The notes under the pieces were generated by a model. It was not told the origin of the DNA. It did no database searches and saw nothing but the letters and a program-made list of their open reading frames with translations. From the NCBI GenBank assembly GCA_965247095.1, contig OZ251997.1:3744001-3808000 (forward strand): DNA of 64,000 nucleotides. Direction: 5' to 3'. The translations under genes were made by a program, and so were the position numbers. The DNA comes from Candidatus Multivorans sp. (lineage in GTDB: Bacteria > Acidobacteriota > Thermoanaerobaculia > Multivoradales > Multivoraceae). Below are positions 32,768 to 40,542 of the stretch, in pieces; position 1 is the stretch's first letter; every line of letters begins with the position of its first letter.

Positions 32768-34096
32768 ATGCGTTCCAAGCAACTTGCGCGCTGGATTGGC
32801 GCTTCGGCGTTGGTCTGTACGGGCGTGTTCTTGGGATGGCGAGGACTGCAGCCGCGCCCGGAGAAGGTGGTTGTCGACATCGGCCACTTCGACGCTGCGA
32901 CGGAGTCTGTCGCGGCCCTCGACCTCGATGCCGCGGCCCTGGACCGGGCGCCCTTCCCCCTGGAGAACCACATTCGGAGCGGCGATACCCTGGACCGCGT
33001 GCTGCTGCGAGCGGGCGTTCCCGACTCCGAGCTGTACCAGGCGTCATCGGCGGTAAGCGAAGTGCTCGATCCACGGAGGCTCCGCGCCCGTGACCCGGTG
33101 TTCTCCATGGTCCGCCCAGGCGGTGAGTTGGTGGGCGTCAGCCTGCCGCGCCGGGGCCAGGGCGTAGTCGTCGCTGAGCGAACGGACGGCGTCTGGAGCG
33201 GTCGCTACCGTCCCTACCGGCGGGCCCATGTGCGGCGGTCGGTCAGTGGCGAAGTGCGAGGTGCGCTCGAGAGCTCGATTCGTCGGGCCGGCGGTCCTCC
33301 CAGCCTTGCGAACAGCATGGCCCAAGTGCTGCAGTGGGACCTGGACTTCAACCGCGATCTTCGGGTTGGCGATCGTTTCGAGATCCTCTACGACGAGCTG
33401 CTGCTTGACGGCAAGGTAGAGCGTGTCGCGGCCATTCACGCGCTGCGTTACCGGAACCGGGAACATTGGGTCGAGGCGTACCGCTTCAGCGGTGACGAGG
33501 TCGCCGAAGGCACGGCACCGGAGAACGGCGCAGCGGCGGCGACCGGACCCAACCGCTACTACGATGGCGAGGGGCAGCCGCTGCGACGGCAGTTCCTTCG
33601 CTCCCCCCTTCCATACTCCCGGGTCACATCGCGGTTCTCCATGAATCGCTTCCATCCGATCCTGAAGCGGCGCATGCCCCACTACGGCGTCGACTACGGG
33701 GCGCCGGCCGGAACGGCGGTGCGGGCGACCGCCGACGGCACCGTCGTCTCGGCAGGCACTCGTGACGGCGGCGGCCGGACGGTCCGCCTGCGTCATGCCA
33801 ACGGCTACGTGACGTCCTATCTCCACCTGTCCGGCTATGCGGAAGGAATACGGAGTGGCCGCCGCGTTCAGCAGGGCCAGGTGGTCGGGTACGTCGGTTC
33901 GAGCGGTCTCTCAACCGCTCCCCATCTCGACTACCGGGTGCAGCGCAACGGCCGTTGGATCAACCCCGCCACCCTGGTCAACGAGCCCGTTCCACCGCTG
34001 GCCGACGCTCTGCTGCCGGTCTTCCGTCAGCACCGCGACGCGCTTCGCCGGGAACTCCGCGGCGCGGACCGTTCCGTCGTCAGCGCCGGGCCGTAG
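32768..34096 (+). CDS. M23 family peptidoglycan endopeptidase (MepM/OapA-like)
   Basis: HYGVDY, YLHLS, STAPHLDY; N-terminal anchor. Confidence 0.9.
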   Translation: MRSKQLARWIGASALVCTGVFLGWRGLQPRPEKVVVDIGHFDAATESVAALDLDAAALDRAPFPLENHIRSGDTLDRVLLRAGVPDSELYQASSAVSEVLDPRRLRARDPVFSMVRPGGELVGVSLPRRGQGVVVAERTDGVWSGRYRPYRRAHVRRSVSGEVRGALESSIRRAGGPPSLANSMAQVLQWDLDFNRDLRVGDRFEILYDELLLDGKVERVAAIHALRYRNREHWVEAYRFSGDEVAEGTAPENGAAAATGPNRYYDGEGQPLRRQFLRSPLPYSRVTSRFSMNRFHPILKRRMPHYGVDYGAPAGTAVRATADGTVVSAGTRDGGGRTVRLRHANGYVTSYLHLSGYAEGIRSGRRVQQGQVVGYVGSSGLSTAPHLDYRVQRNGRWINPATLVNEPVPPLADALLPVFRQHRDALRRELRGADRSVVSAGP

Positions 34097-34127
34097 GCGG
34101 CGCTGCGACAGGCGTCGGCAGGCACCC

Positions 34128-34304
34128 GCCCGTACCGGGGCTCAGGGGGAGGGGTCCCAGCGGCCGCTCGCGCTTGTTCGGACTGTGGGGGTTGTGCGCT
34201 CACTCCACTACGCTCGCTCCGGTTGGTCGTCGGTTGTTGTGAGGGGTCGGGAGTCGCTCGCTTCGAGTCCGCTGGGACCCCTCCCCCTGAGCCCCGGCAC
34301 GGGC
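34128..34304. repeat. 177-bp element with 36-bp terminal inverted repeats
   Basis: 34128-34163 GCCCGTACCGGGGCTCAGGGGGAGGGGTCCCAGCGG is the reverse complement of 34269-34304 with one mismatch. Confidence 0.85.
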
Positions 34305-34443
34305 TGGACGGCGTCGGGCTGGGGCCTAGGCTGCGTTGGGAACGGAGCTGGCTGCTGAACGGAGCTTCGTAGACCGCGTCTTTTCGAGAAGAACGGGTCC
34401 CCGGGGACCTTTCCCGGCCCGGTGACCTATGGCCGCGATGGTT

Positions 34444-35907
34444 CTACTCGAGGGAGCGGGCGCGTTCGCGGAGGATCGAGTAGGCCTCGGAGCGGGAGAG
34501 GTCGTCGCCGATCTGGAGGCTGAAGGACTCGCTCCAGGCATCGTCCGCGGACGCGCCGGTGACGGTCTCCACGTAGGTCATCGAGGTTTCGCCTTCCCAG
34601 ACGACCACGGCGCCGGTGCCACTGGGTGAGACGAAGATCTTTGGCAGTCCTTCTCCGATCGTGCCTTCTCCGATCGTGGGTGCCGCGCGCTCCGACTTCA
34701 CCTGCAGGCGGGCAAGGTGCTGAACGTATCCGTCGCCCACCGGTTGGGCCGCTGCGAGGAGAACGTGGGTGTCTGCGGCCGTGGTGTCTTCAAGGAGGTC
34801 ACCTTCTTGAGATCGGGCGCCAACAACCACGATGTGGACGCGAGCCGCACTCGACACGCTCGTCAGTCCGCCGTCAGCACACAAGTCAGTCGCGCGCCGG
34901 ATCAACACGTCTTTGACGTCTTGGGCTAGCGCGCCAAGGACCCGGCTCCGAATCCGGCGACCGACGACGACGATGTGAACCCGTGCCGCCTCGGCGACTG
35001 TCGTGAGCGCATTCTCCTCCTCGTTCTCGATCTTCTCGCACAGGTTGCTGGAGCTCAGGTGATCCTCCAGACTGTCGGCGAGTTCGGCAAGCTCGACTGC
35101 CGGAGTAGAGAGTTCCAACTGGACGAGGGCTCCGCTGGCGCTGTCGGCGAAACCGATGACCACTGCGTTGGACTCGGACGCCGTGTCGACGGTCGGCGCC
35201 TTGAGCAGGCTCGCCGACACGTCGCCGTCGAACGGATCGTCGATCAGCTCCTGGGACACGTAGTCGTTCAGCCGGTGAACGCGGCGCCATGTGGAGGCGA
35301 GTTCGCCGTCGATCAGCACGACGGGCGCGTACATGGCTCTCTCGCCGTCCGTGGTGTCTTCCGACCAGACGACGTGGAGTACGGTCCGCGTGCTCGACCC
35401 GCCGGAACTTCCTTCCGCGAGTTCGAAGCGGTCGTGCGTGACGGCGAGGCGCGGTGCCGACTTGTTGCTGTAGATGTTGCCGGAGACTTCGATGGTGTCG
35501 GACCACTCGCTGCCGTCGAAGGAGGCCAGGTTGATGCGGGTCAGGGTCGAGTCGTTGTTGCTCGACCAGACGACGTAGAGCTGGCCGGTGGAGGCGTCGA
35601 AGGACAGCGACGGCGTCTTGTCGCTGTCGTCCGGCTCGCTGCCGGGCACCAGATGGTGCTCAACCGTTCCCGAACCCCGACGGGCCTCGAGGCGGAGGAC
35701 TTCGGCGTCCGCCGACGCTTCGGTGCCGTCCGGGAAGAGCTCGCTGTAGGTTCCTACGGTGACCTTGTAGATGTCGCCGCTCTTGCCCAGAACAGGAGCG
35801 CTGTCTTCGGCTTGGGTCGCGCCGCCGGCTAGCAAGGCCAGCAGCGCCAACGCTCCGTAGCGGAACGGCGTTTCCTTGAGGCTGATGCGGATGCCCTTCC
35901 TCATCAC
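34444..35907 (-). CDS. Secreted beta-rich hypothetical protein with two AARVHIVVVG repeats
   Basis: Signal peptide (YGALALLALLAGGATQA), propeller-like YVVWS/HVVWSE/VVVWEG/WS strands, motif copies at 34960-34989 and 34819-34848; start overlaps the TPR gene stop. Confidence 0.8.
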   Translation of the reverse strand: MMRKGIRISLKETPFRYGALALLALLAGGATQAEDSAPVLGKSGDIYKVTVGTYSELFPDGTEASADAEVLRLEARRGSGTVEHHLVPGSEPDDSDKTPSLSFDASTGQLYVVWSSNNDSTLTRINLASFDGSEWSDTIEVSGNIYSNKSAPRLAVTHDRFELAEGSSGGSSTRTVLHVVWSEDTTDGERAMYAPVVLIDGELASTWRRVHRLNDYVSQELIDDPFDGDVSASLLKAPTVDTASESNAVVIGFADSASGALVQLELSTPAVELAELADSLEDHLSSSNLCEKIENEEENALTTVAEAARVHIVVVGRRIRSRVLGALAQDVKDVLIRRATDLCADGGLTSVSSAARVHIVVVGARSQEGDLLEDTTAADTHVLLAAAQPVGDGYVQHLARLQVKSERAAPTIGEGTIGEGLPKIFVSPSGTGAVVVWEGETSMTYVETVTGASADDAWSESFSLQIGDDLSRSEAYSILRERARSLE

Positions 35908-36914
35908 GCCCTCAGATTCACCACTTGGCGGAGATCAAGCGACATCAGCACGTCCGTCAAGCCGGCCTGGTCGGGATAGAAGCGGCGCCCGAGTTCGCCG
36001 AAGTACTGGCGCGCCGTTTCCGAATCGCCTTCCATGAGGGCCACATGGCCGAGTAGATAGAGGCTGTTCTTGATCGCCGCGGAATCGTCGTACTGCTTGG
36101 CCAACGCGAGTGCGCGCTGTCCGTGTCGCCTCGCGGTCGCCGGCTTGAGCAGCTCAAGGTGGGCAAAGCACAGGTCGAGATGCGGCAGCATGCTGTACTG
36201 GACCGCGCCTTCCCGCCGGAACGTGCGGATGCTCCGGTAGATGAGGCGAAGACCCTCCCGCATTCTGCCCCGGCGGAGACCCTTTGACCGGAGAGCCCCG
36301 ACGAGGAGGCAGTAGCCCAGGTTCGTTTCGGCGCCAGCTATCCACGTGGGAGGTGCATTCCCCGCCTGGCGGAGAGCCGTCCGGTACTCGGCGGCTGCGT
36401 CAGCTTCGTGGCCATCCGCGATCAGGAGGTTGCCCAGGAGGTTGTGCGATAGCCCGGTCAGACCGGGGCGGTGGACATGTGCGGAATGGTGGTGCGACAG
36501 CCGCGCATAGAACAGCGCCTTCCTGATCTGCCCTTCCAACTCGTGCGCGCGTGCCAATGTATAGGAGGCCAGCCAGCAGTTGTGGTCGGCCGCGCTGCCG
36601 AGCAGGATTCTCCGGAGCTCCGGCATGGCTTCGGCCCCGTTGCCGAGTTCGGTTTCCGCAGCGCCCCAGCCGCAGAGGGCCTCGTCGGCTCGGTCGGCTT
36701 CGCCTGCGGCCGTGGCGACCTGGGCAGCTTGCCGATAGACGGCGGCGGCTTCCCGGTACGACCCCTTGGCGACGAGTTCCCGCCCGCGGTCACGGAGCGT
36801 CTTGAAGTCCTCGGTCACCGCGACCGCGCACGGCTCCACCTCGGGCGCGGGAACGCGCTCCGGGATGAACGCCGGCTCAGGCGACGAGTGTGTGTAAAGG
36901 GCGGTGGAGGTCAC
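35904..36914 (-). CDS. Cytoplasmic TPR-repeat protein (putative peptide receptor)
   Basis: Helical TPR pattern throughout (AAAVYRQA, HNLLGNLL, ETNLGYCL, KNSLYLLG); no signal peptide. Confidence 0.8.
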   Translation of the reverse strand: MTSTALYTHSSPEPAFIPERVPAPEVEPCAVAVTEDFKTLRDRGRELVAKGSYREAAAVYRQAAQVATAAGEADRADEALCGWGAAETELGNGAEAMPELRRILLGSAADHNCWLASYTLARAHELEGQIRKALFYARLSHHHSAHVHRPGLTGLSHNLLGNLLIADGHEADAAAEYRTALRQAGNAPPTWIAGAETNLGYCLLVGALRSKGLRRGRMREGLRLIYRSIRTFRREGAVQYSMLPHLDLCFAHLELLKPATARRHGQRALALAKQYDDSAAIKNSLYLLGHVALMEGDSETARQYFGELGRRFYPDQAGLTDVLMSLDLRQVVNLRA

Positions 36915-37168
36915 TGGTGACCCGATTCTACGTCATAGCGACTGAAACATGGTAGGCGGCTGGAACTGGCGTTGGTCGGCGACCTGCTCCAAGGCCGCCA
37001 CTGCCGACTATACCCACATAGGTGCCGCGTGCGCCCCAGCGCTACGCGGTGCTTCCCGATTTCTCTTGTGCGGCTGGCCTTCGTAGCCGCGGCGGCCGTT
37101 CCCCAGGCTCGCCCAAGAACAAGAGCGCCGTCCCTGAGTTGAACAGGAACGGCGCCCAAGTGGATTCG

Positions 37169-37237
37169 TCGCGGGAGCGTGCTGGCGGCTGGTCGCTCAC
37201 TAGTCGTTCAGACCGCTGCCAGCCTCGCGCCCGCGAT
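37169..37237 (-). terminator. Long imperfect hairpin just downstream of the peptide gene
   Basis: TCGCGGGAGCGTGCTGGCGGCTGGTC pairs with GACCGCTGCCAGCCTCGCGCCCGCGA, 11 nt after the stop at 37249. Confidence 0.55.
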
Positions 37238-37248
37238 CCCAGGTTTCT

Positions 37249-37578
37249 TCAGAGCGCCAGGCGAAACGCGGCAGCTACGGCGGATACCATCTTGGCCGAG
37301 ATTCGCGGAGCCAAACGGCTGACCGCCTGCTGCACGATCCCGCCATCCGGTTGCCGCGCGGCGGTTCCGGAATCCCGGGCGCCTTCACGTCCAAAGATGA
37401 CGATGTGGGCCCTTGCGCAAGTGCACGGCGGTCCGTCTCCCGTGGCGCCAAAGACGACGATGTGGACGCGCGCGTTGGTGCTACCCGCGTCCTGGCCGTC
37501 GCCGCCTTGAGCGAAAGCTCCGGCCGGGACTGTCGCGAGGATCAGCGACAGGGCAATGACGATGTGCTTGAGCTTCAA
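37249..37578 (-). CDS. Small secreted precursor with two ARxHIVxFG repeats
   Basis: TTG start after AAGGGGG SD; signal peptide MKLKHIVIALSLILATVPAGAFA; ARVHIVVFG (37447-37473) and ARAHIVIFG (37390-37416). Confidence 0.8.
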   Translation of the reverse strand: MKLKHIVIALSLILATVPAGAFAQGGDGQDAGSTNARVHIVVFGATGDGPPCTCARAHIVIFGREGARDSGTAARQPDGGIVQQAVSRLAPRISAKMVSAVAAAFRLAL

Positions 37579-37653
37579 ATTGAACCCCCTTGTTGATCCG
37601 GCGGACGCGGCAGCGCCGGAACCGAGTGAATCTGCCCATCCGGGATACCTCAA

Positions 37654-37679
37654 GACGAATCGGGTTCCCGTCTGGTTGC
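37654..37679 (-). promoter_or_regulatory. Putative ECF-type promoter for the peptide gene
   Basis: GCAACC-N16-CGTC on the minus strand about 75 nt upstream of the TTG start. Confidence 0.4.
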
Positions 37680-37708
37680 CACGAACCTTGGTTGGCGGGG
37701 ACTGTAAT

Positions 37709-37738
37709 CCAGGGCTGTTGAAAAATCAACATCCCTGG
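37709..37738. repeat. 30-bp palindrome (operator or IS-end remnant)
   Basis: CCAGGGCTGTTGA-AAAA-TCAACATCCCTGG, 12/13 complementary. Confidence 0.6.
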
Positions 37739-37794
37739 GCCGAGCGGCTGCTTGTGCTCACGGAGTCCGCGGCCTCAGCCTCTGGACCGCGGGT

Positions 37795-38418
37795 TCAGGT
37801 GAAGGCGCGGGGTTTGAAGTCCGGCTCGTTGACGATGCTGGCGCTGTTGCCGGTGGCGCGGATGACGAACAGCCCCTGGCGCTCCGCGTGCCTCGTGACC
37901 GAACTGTCGGTCTTGAGGTATGCCACTGCTCCGTAGATCGGCCGTTCCCGGTACGTCGGGAACCAGTCCGTGAACCAGGCCAGCTTGCTCAGGAAGTCGG
38001 TCACGTCCTCCGGCCTGAGAGTCGTCTTGACCTCTACGACGACCACCTCCGCGCCGTTCGCGGCTACGATGTCGAACTCGGTGTGTTCTCCGTTGCGGCG
38101 ACCCGTGAGTCTCTGGGAAGTCTCGTCCACTGCAATGCCCCGCTCCCTCAGCAGCGAGACGAGGTCGCCTTCGACCAGGCTCTCCATCAGCTTGCCCCAT
38201 TGGGACGTGAACAACTCCTCGGCTTTCCTGAGCCGCCGGTCGGTCTCCTTCATCTGTTCCCTGATTTCTGCGGTCTGTCTGGCCGTTTCTGCGGTCTGTC
38301 TGGTCGCACGCGCTTCGTTCTGCGCCATCAGTTCGGACGTGCGGTCCAGGACGGTCAGGATCTGCTCCAGAGTGCGGGGAGCCTTGGGATCGTCTTCGTG
38401 TGCGTTCGTGCCGGTCAT
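37795..38418 (-). CDS. Coiled-coil + PD-(D/E)XK-like nuclease-fold protein (DUF3782-like)
   Basis: MKETDRRL coiled coil, QWGKLMESLVEG, EFDIVAANG-EVVVVEVK, YGAVAYL, GLFVIRATG; start uncertain. Confidence 0.75.
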   Translation of the reverse strand: MTGTNAHEDDPKAPRTLEQILTVLDRTSELMAQNEARATRQTAETARQTAEIREQMKETDRRLRKAEELFTSQWGKLMESLVEGDLVSLLRERGIAVDETSQRLTGRRNGEHTEFDIVAANGAEVVVVEVKTTLRPEDVTDFLSKLAWFTDWFPTYRERPIYGAVAYLKTDSSVTRHAERQGLFVIRATGNSASIVNEPDFKPRAFT

Positions 38419-38601
38419 CTTCTTTGTTTGCTCCGTGGCAACCCTGCGTTGCGCAGGGGCGGGTCGTTGGGTGTAGCGGGCCCGAACCGCGGCGCCGGCC
38501 GCCATCCGCATGTCCGGACAGTGAGGAGGATACTCCCAACTCGGCATTGGCACCGTCTTGTCCCATGAGAGATGAGTCTGAAGCTGGGGCGGGTTAGACC
38601 C

Positions 38602-40533
38602 CTACACGTCCAGGCCGACCTGGCGCATCAGGTCGAGTGCGTTGCTGCGGGTGACGGTGCCCTCGCGCAGGCGGTAGTCGAACTGGATCTCGCCGTTCGA
38701 CAGGTCGTCCCTGAAGTGGACGTTTCGCAGTGAGGGCCCTGCCGAGTCGTCGGCGATTCGGGCGAGGGCGAGGTCGTGGGTGGTCACCAATCCGATCGCG
38801 CCGCGGTGGAGGAGGCCGCGGACCAGGGCTTCGGCGCCAACCCTCCTGTCGTGGGAGTTCGTGCCGTGGAGGATCTCGTCGAGCAGGAACAGCACCGGCG
38901 TCGCCTGGTCGGTCAGGTCGAGCACGGACTTGAGCTTCGTGATCTCGGCGTAGAACCGGGACTGGCCTTCGGCGAGGGAGTCCCGGAGCTGGATGGAAGA
39001 TCCGATGGCCAGTGGTGTCAGCCGCAGAGATCGGGCGCGCACCGGCGCGCCGGCCTGTGCGAGGACGACGTTCGTTCCGACGGTTCTGAGCAGCGTGCTC
39101 TTGCCGGACATGTTCGAGCCGCTCACGATCAGGCACTGGGCTGGCGGGCCGGTCTGGCCGCCGTCCTCGGGCGGGCGGGCAAGGTGGACGTCGTTCGCCA
39201 CGCAGTTCTCCTCGGGCAGCAGCGGATGCCCGAGCTCTTCGCCGACGAGCAGCGGGCACCGCTTCCCGGCCGGCTCGACGAGGGTGGGAAACGTGTGGTT
39301 CGGATGTTCGAACGCGTGGGAGGCAAGACTGGCCAGGGCTTCGACCTCAGCCAGTACCCGGAGCCAGGTGGCGACCCGGTCGCCGTGGCGGCGACGCCAT
39401 GAGTCGATCGAGTAGGCGAGTTGGGGCGTCCAGAGCAGCAGCAGGCCGAAGGGAACGAAGAGGGCGTTCCGCATCGAGTCGAGCAGGTCGACCAGACGCT
39501 GGAGTTGCCTGGCGTTCCGGGAGGCGGTGGATCCTTCGACACTCCGCAGCTCCCGCGTCAGCTCGACCAGACGATCGCTCTCAAACGGCTCGCGCTCGAT
39601 GACCTCGAGCAGAGACGCAAACAGGTTGAGGTCACGGCTCGCCCGCGTCACGCCGCCTGTGGCCGCCTTGATGTGGCGGCGCGTGGCGAGATTCCAGAGG
39701 ATTTGCAGCATCGCCACGGCCAGGAACGGCGACGGCCCCCAGTCCCAGATCATCCAGCCGGTCACGGTAAGGAGGTTGGTGGCCGCGACCAACACCAGCA
39801 CGGTGCGTACGAGGAACTCGCGGCCGCCGGCGCCGGGGAGGGCGGAGCTCACGCCTCCCTTGGCCCAGGCGCGCAGAGCTTCAGGATCGATGTCCGTGCG
39901 CGCGACTCGGCCAGACACGGCGAGACGCTCGCGGAAGTCGAGACGGGGCGCCAGTTCGCGCACGGCCTCCTGCCGGCCGCGCACGACATCGGGCGGCGCG
40001 GGCTGGAGCAGCCACGACGCCAGGAGTTCGTCGCCGCCGCGGGTGCGCGCCCGGCTCAACAGCTTGAACAGGGAATCGGGCCCGAACAGGTCGAGGTCCG
40101 CGGCGTAGACGTGGTCGGCGTGTTCGTCGGCAAAGCGCGATCCTGGCCGTCCGCCGGCGCGCCAGTCGCCGCCCAGGCGGTCGAGCATCTGGCGGTAGAA
40201 GGCTTGCGCCCGCTCCAGCCGGTTGGCCTGCTGCAGGACCCGCTCGTGAAGGACTAGGAGGACCAGAAAGAGGAGTGTCGGCCCCGCCGCCCACACCAGG
40301 GGAAAGAGCTTCGCCTGGACGGACAGCCAGACCAGTACGGCTGCTACAAGAACGGTGGCCAGCCGCGACCAGGAGATGGCCTTCTCGATGCGCCGCGTTC
40401 GCCGCAGGTTCGCCTCGCGGTGCTCGGCTCGGCGTGCCATCCGTGCGCCCGTGGACGAGCGCACGGACTGGTTCGCGTCTTGCTCGTTCCCTCGCAAGCC
40501 GGGTTCGCAGGTCGGACGCGGGCTATCCACCAC
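38602..40533 (-). CDS. Membrane-anchored MutS-family (domain V) ATPase
   Basis: SGSNMSGKSTLLR, SRFYAE, LLDEILHGTNS, TTHDL; N-terminal TM helices; start uncertain. Confidence 0.85.
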   Translation of the reverse strand: MVDSPRPTCEPGLRGNEQDANQSVRSSTGARMARRAEHREANLRRTRRIEKAISWSRLATVLVAAVLVWLSVQAKLFPLVWAAGPTLLFLVLLVLHERVLQQANRLERAQAFYRQMLDRLGGDWRAGGRPGSRFADEHADHVYAADLDLFGPDSLFKLLSRARTRGGDELLASWLLQPAPPDVVRGRQEAVRELAPRLDFRERLAVSGRVARTDIDPEALRAWAKGGVSSALPGAGGREFLVRTVLVLVAATNLLTVTGWMIWDWGPSPFLAVAMLQILWNLATRRHIKAATGGVTRASRDLNLFASLLEVIEREPFESDRLVELTRELRSVEGSTASRNARQLQRLVDLLDSMRNALFVPFGLLLLWTPQLAYSIDSWRRRHGDRVATWLRVLAEVEALASLASHAFEHPNHTFPTLVEPAGKRCPLLVGEELGHPLLPEENCVANDVHLARPPEDGGQTGPPAQCLIVSGSNMSGKSTLLRTVGTNVVLAQAGAPVRARSLRLTPLAIGSSIQLRDSLAEGQSRFYAEITKLKSVLDLTDQATPVLFLLDEILHGTNSHDRRVGAEALVRGLLHRGAIGLVTTHDLALARIADDSAGPSLRNVHFRDDLSNGEIQFDYRLREGTVTRSNALDLMRQVGLDV

Positions 40534-40542
40534 GAATGCGGG

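Noticed and set aside
36911-37159. 82-aa ORF between the peptide and TPR genes
   Set aside because: No SD, no motif copy, atypical composition, and it overlaps putative promoter hexamers.
34444-37578. Classical RiPP biosynthetic cluster
   Set aside because: No recognisable radical SAM, YcaO, lanthipeptide, peptidase-transporter or other tailoring enzyme nearby; the precursor has a Sec signal.
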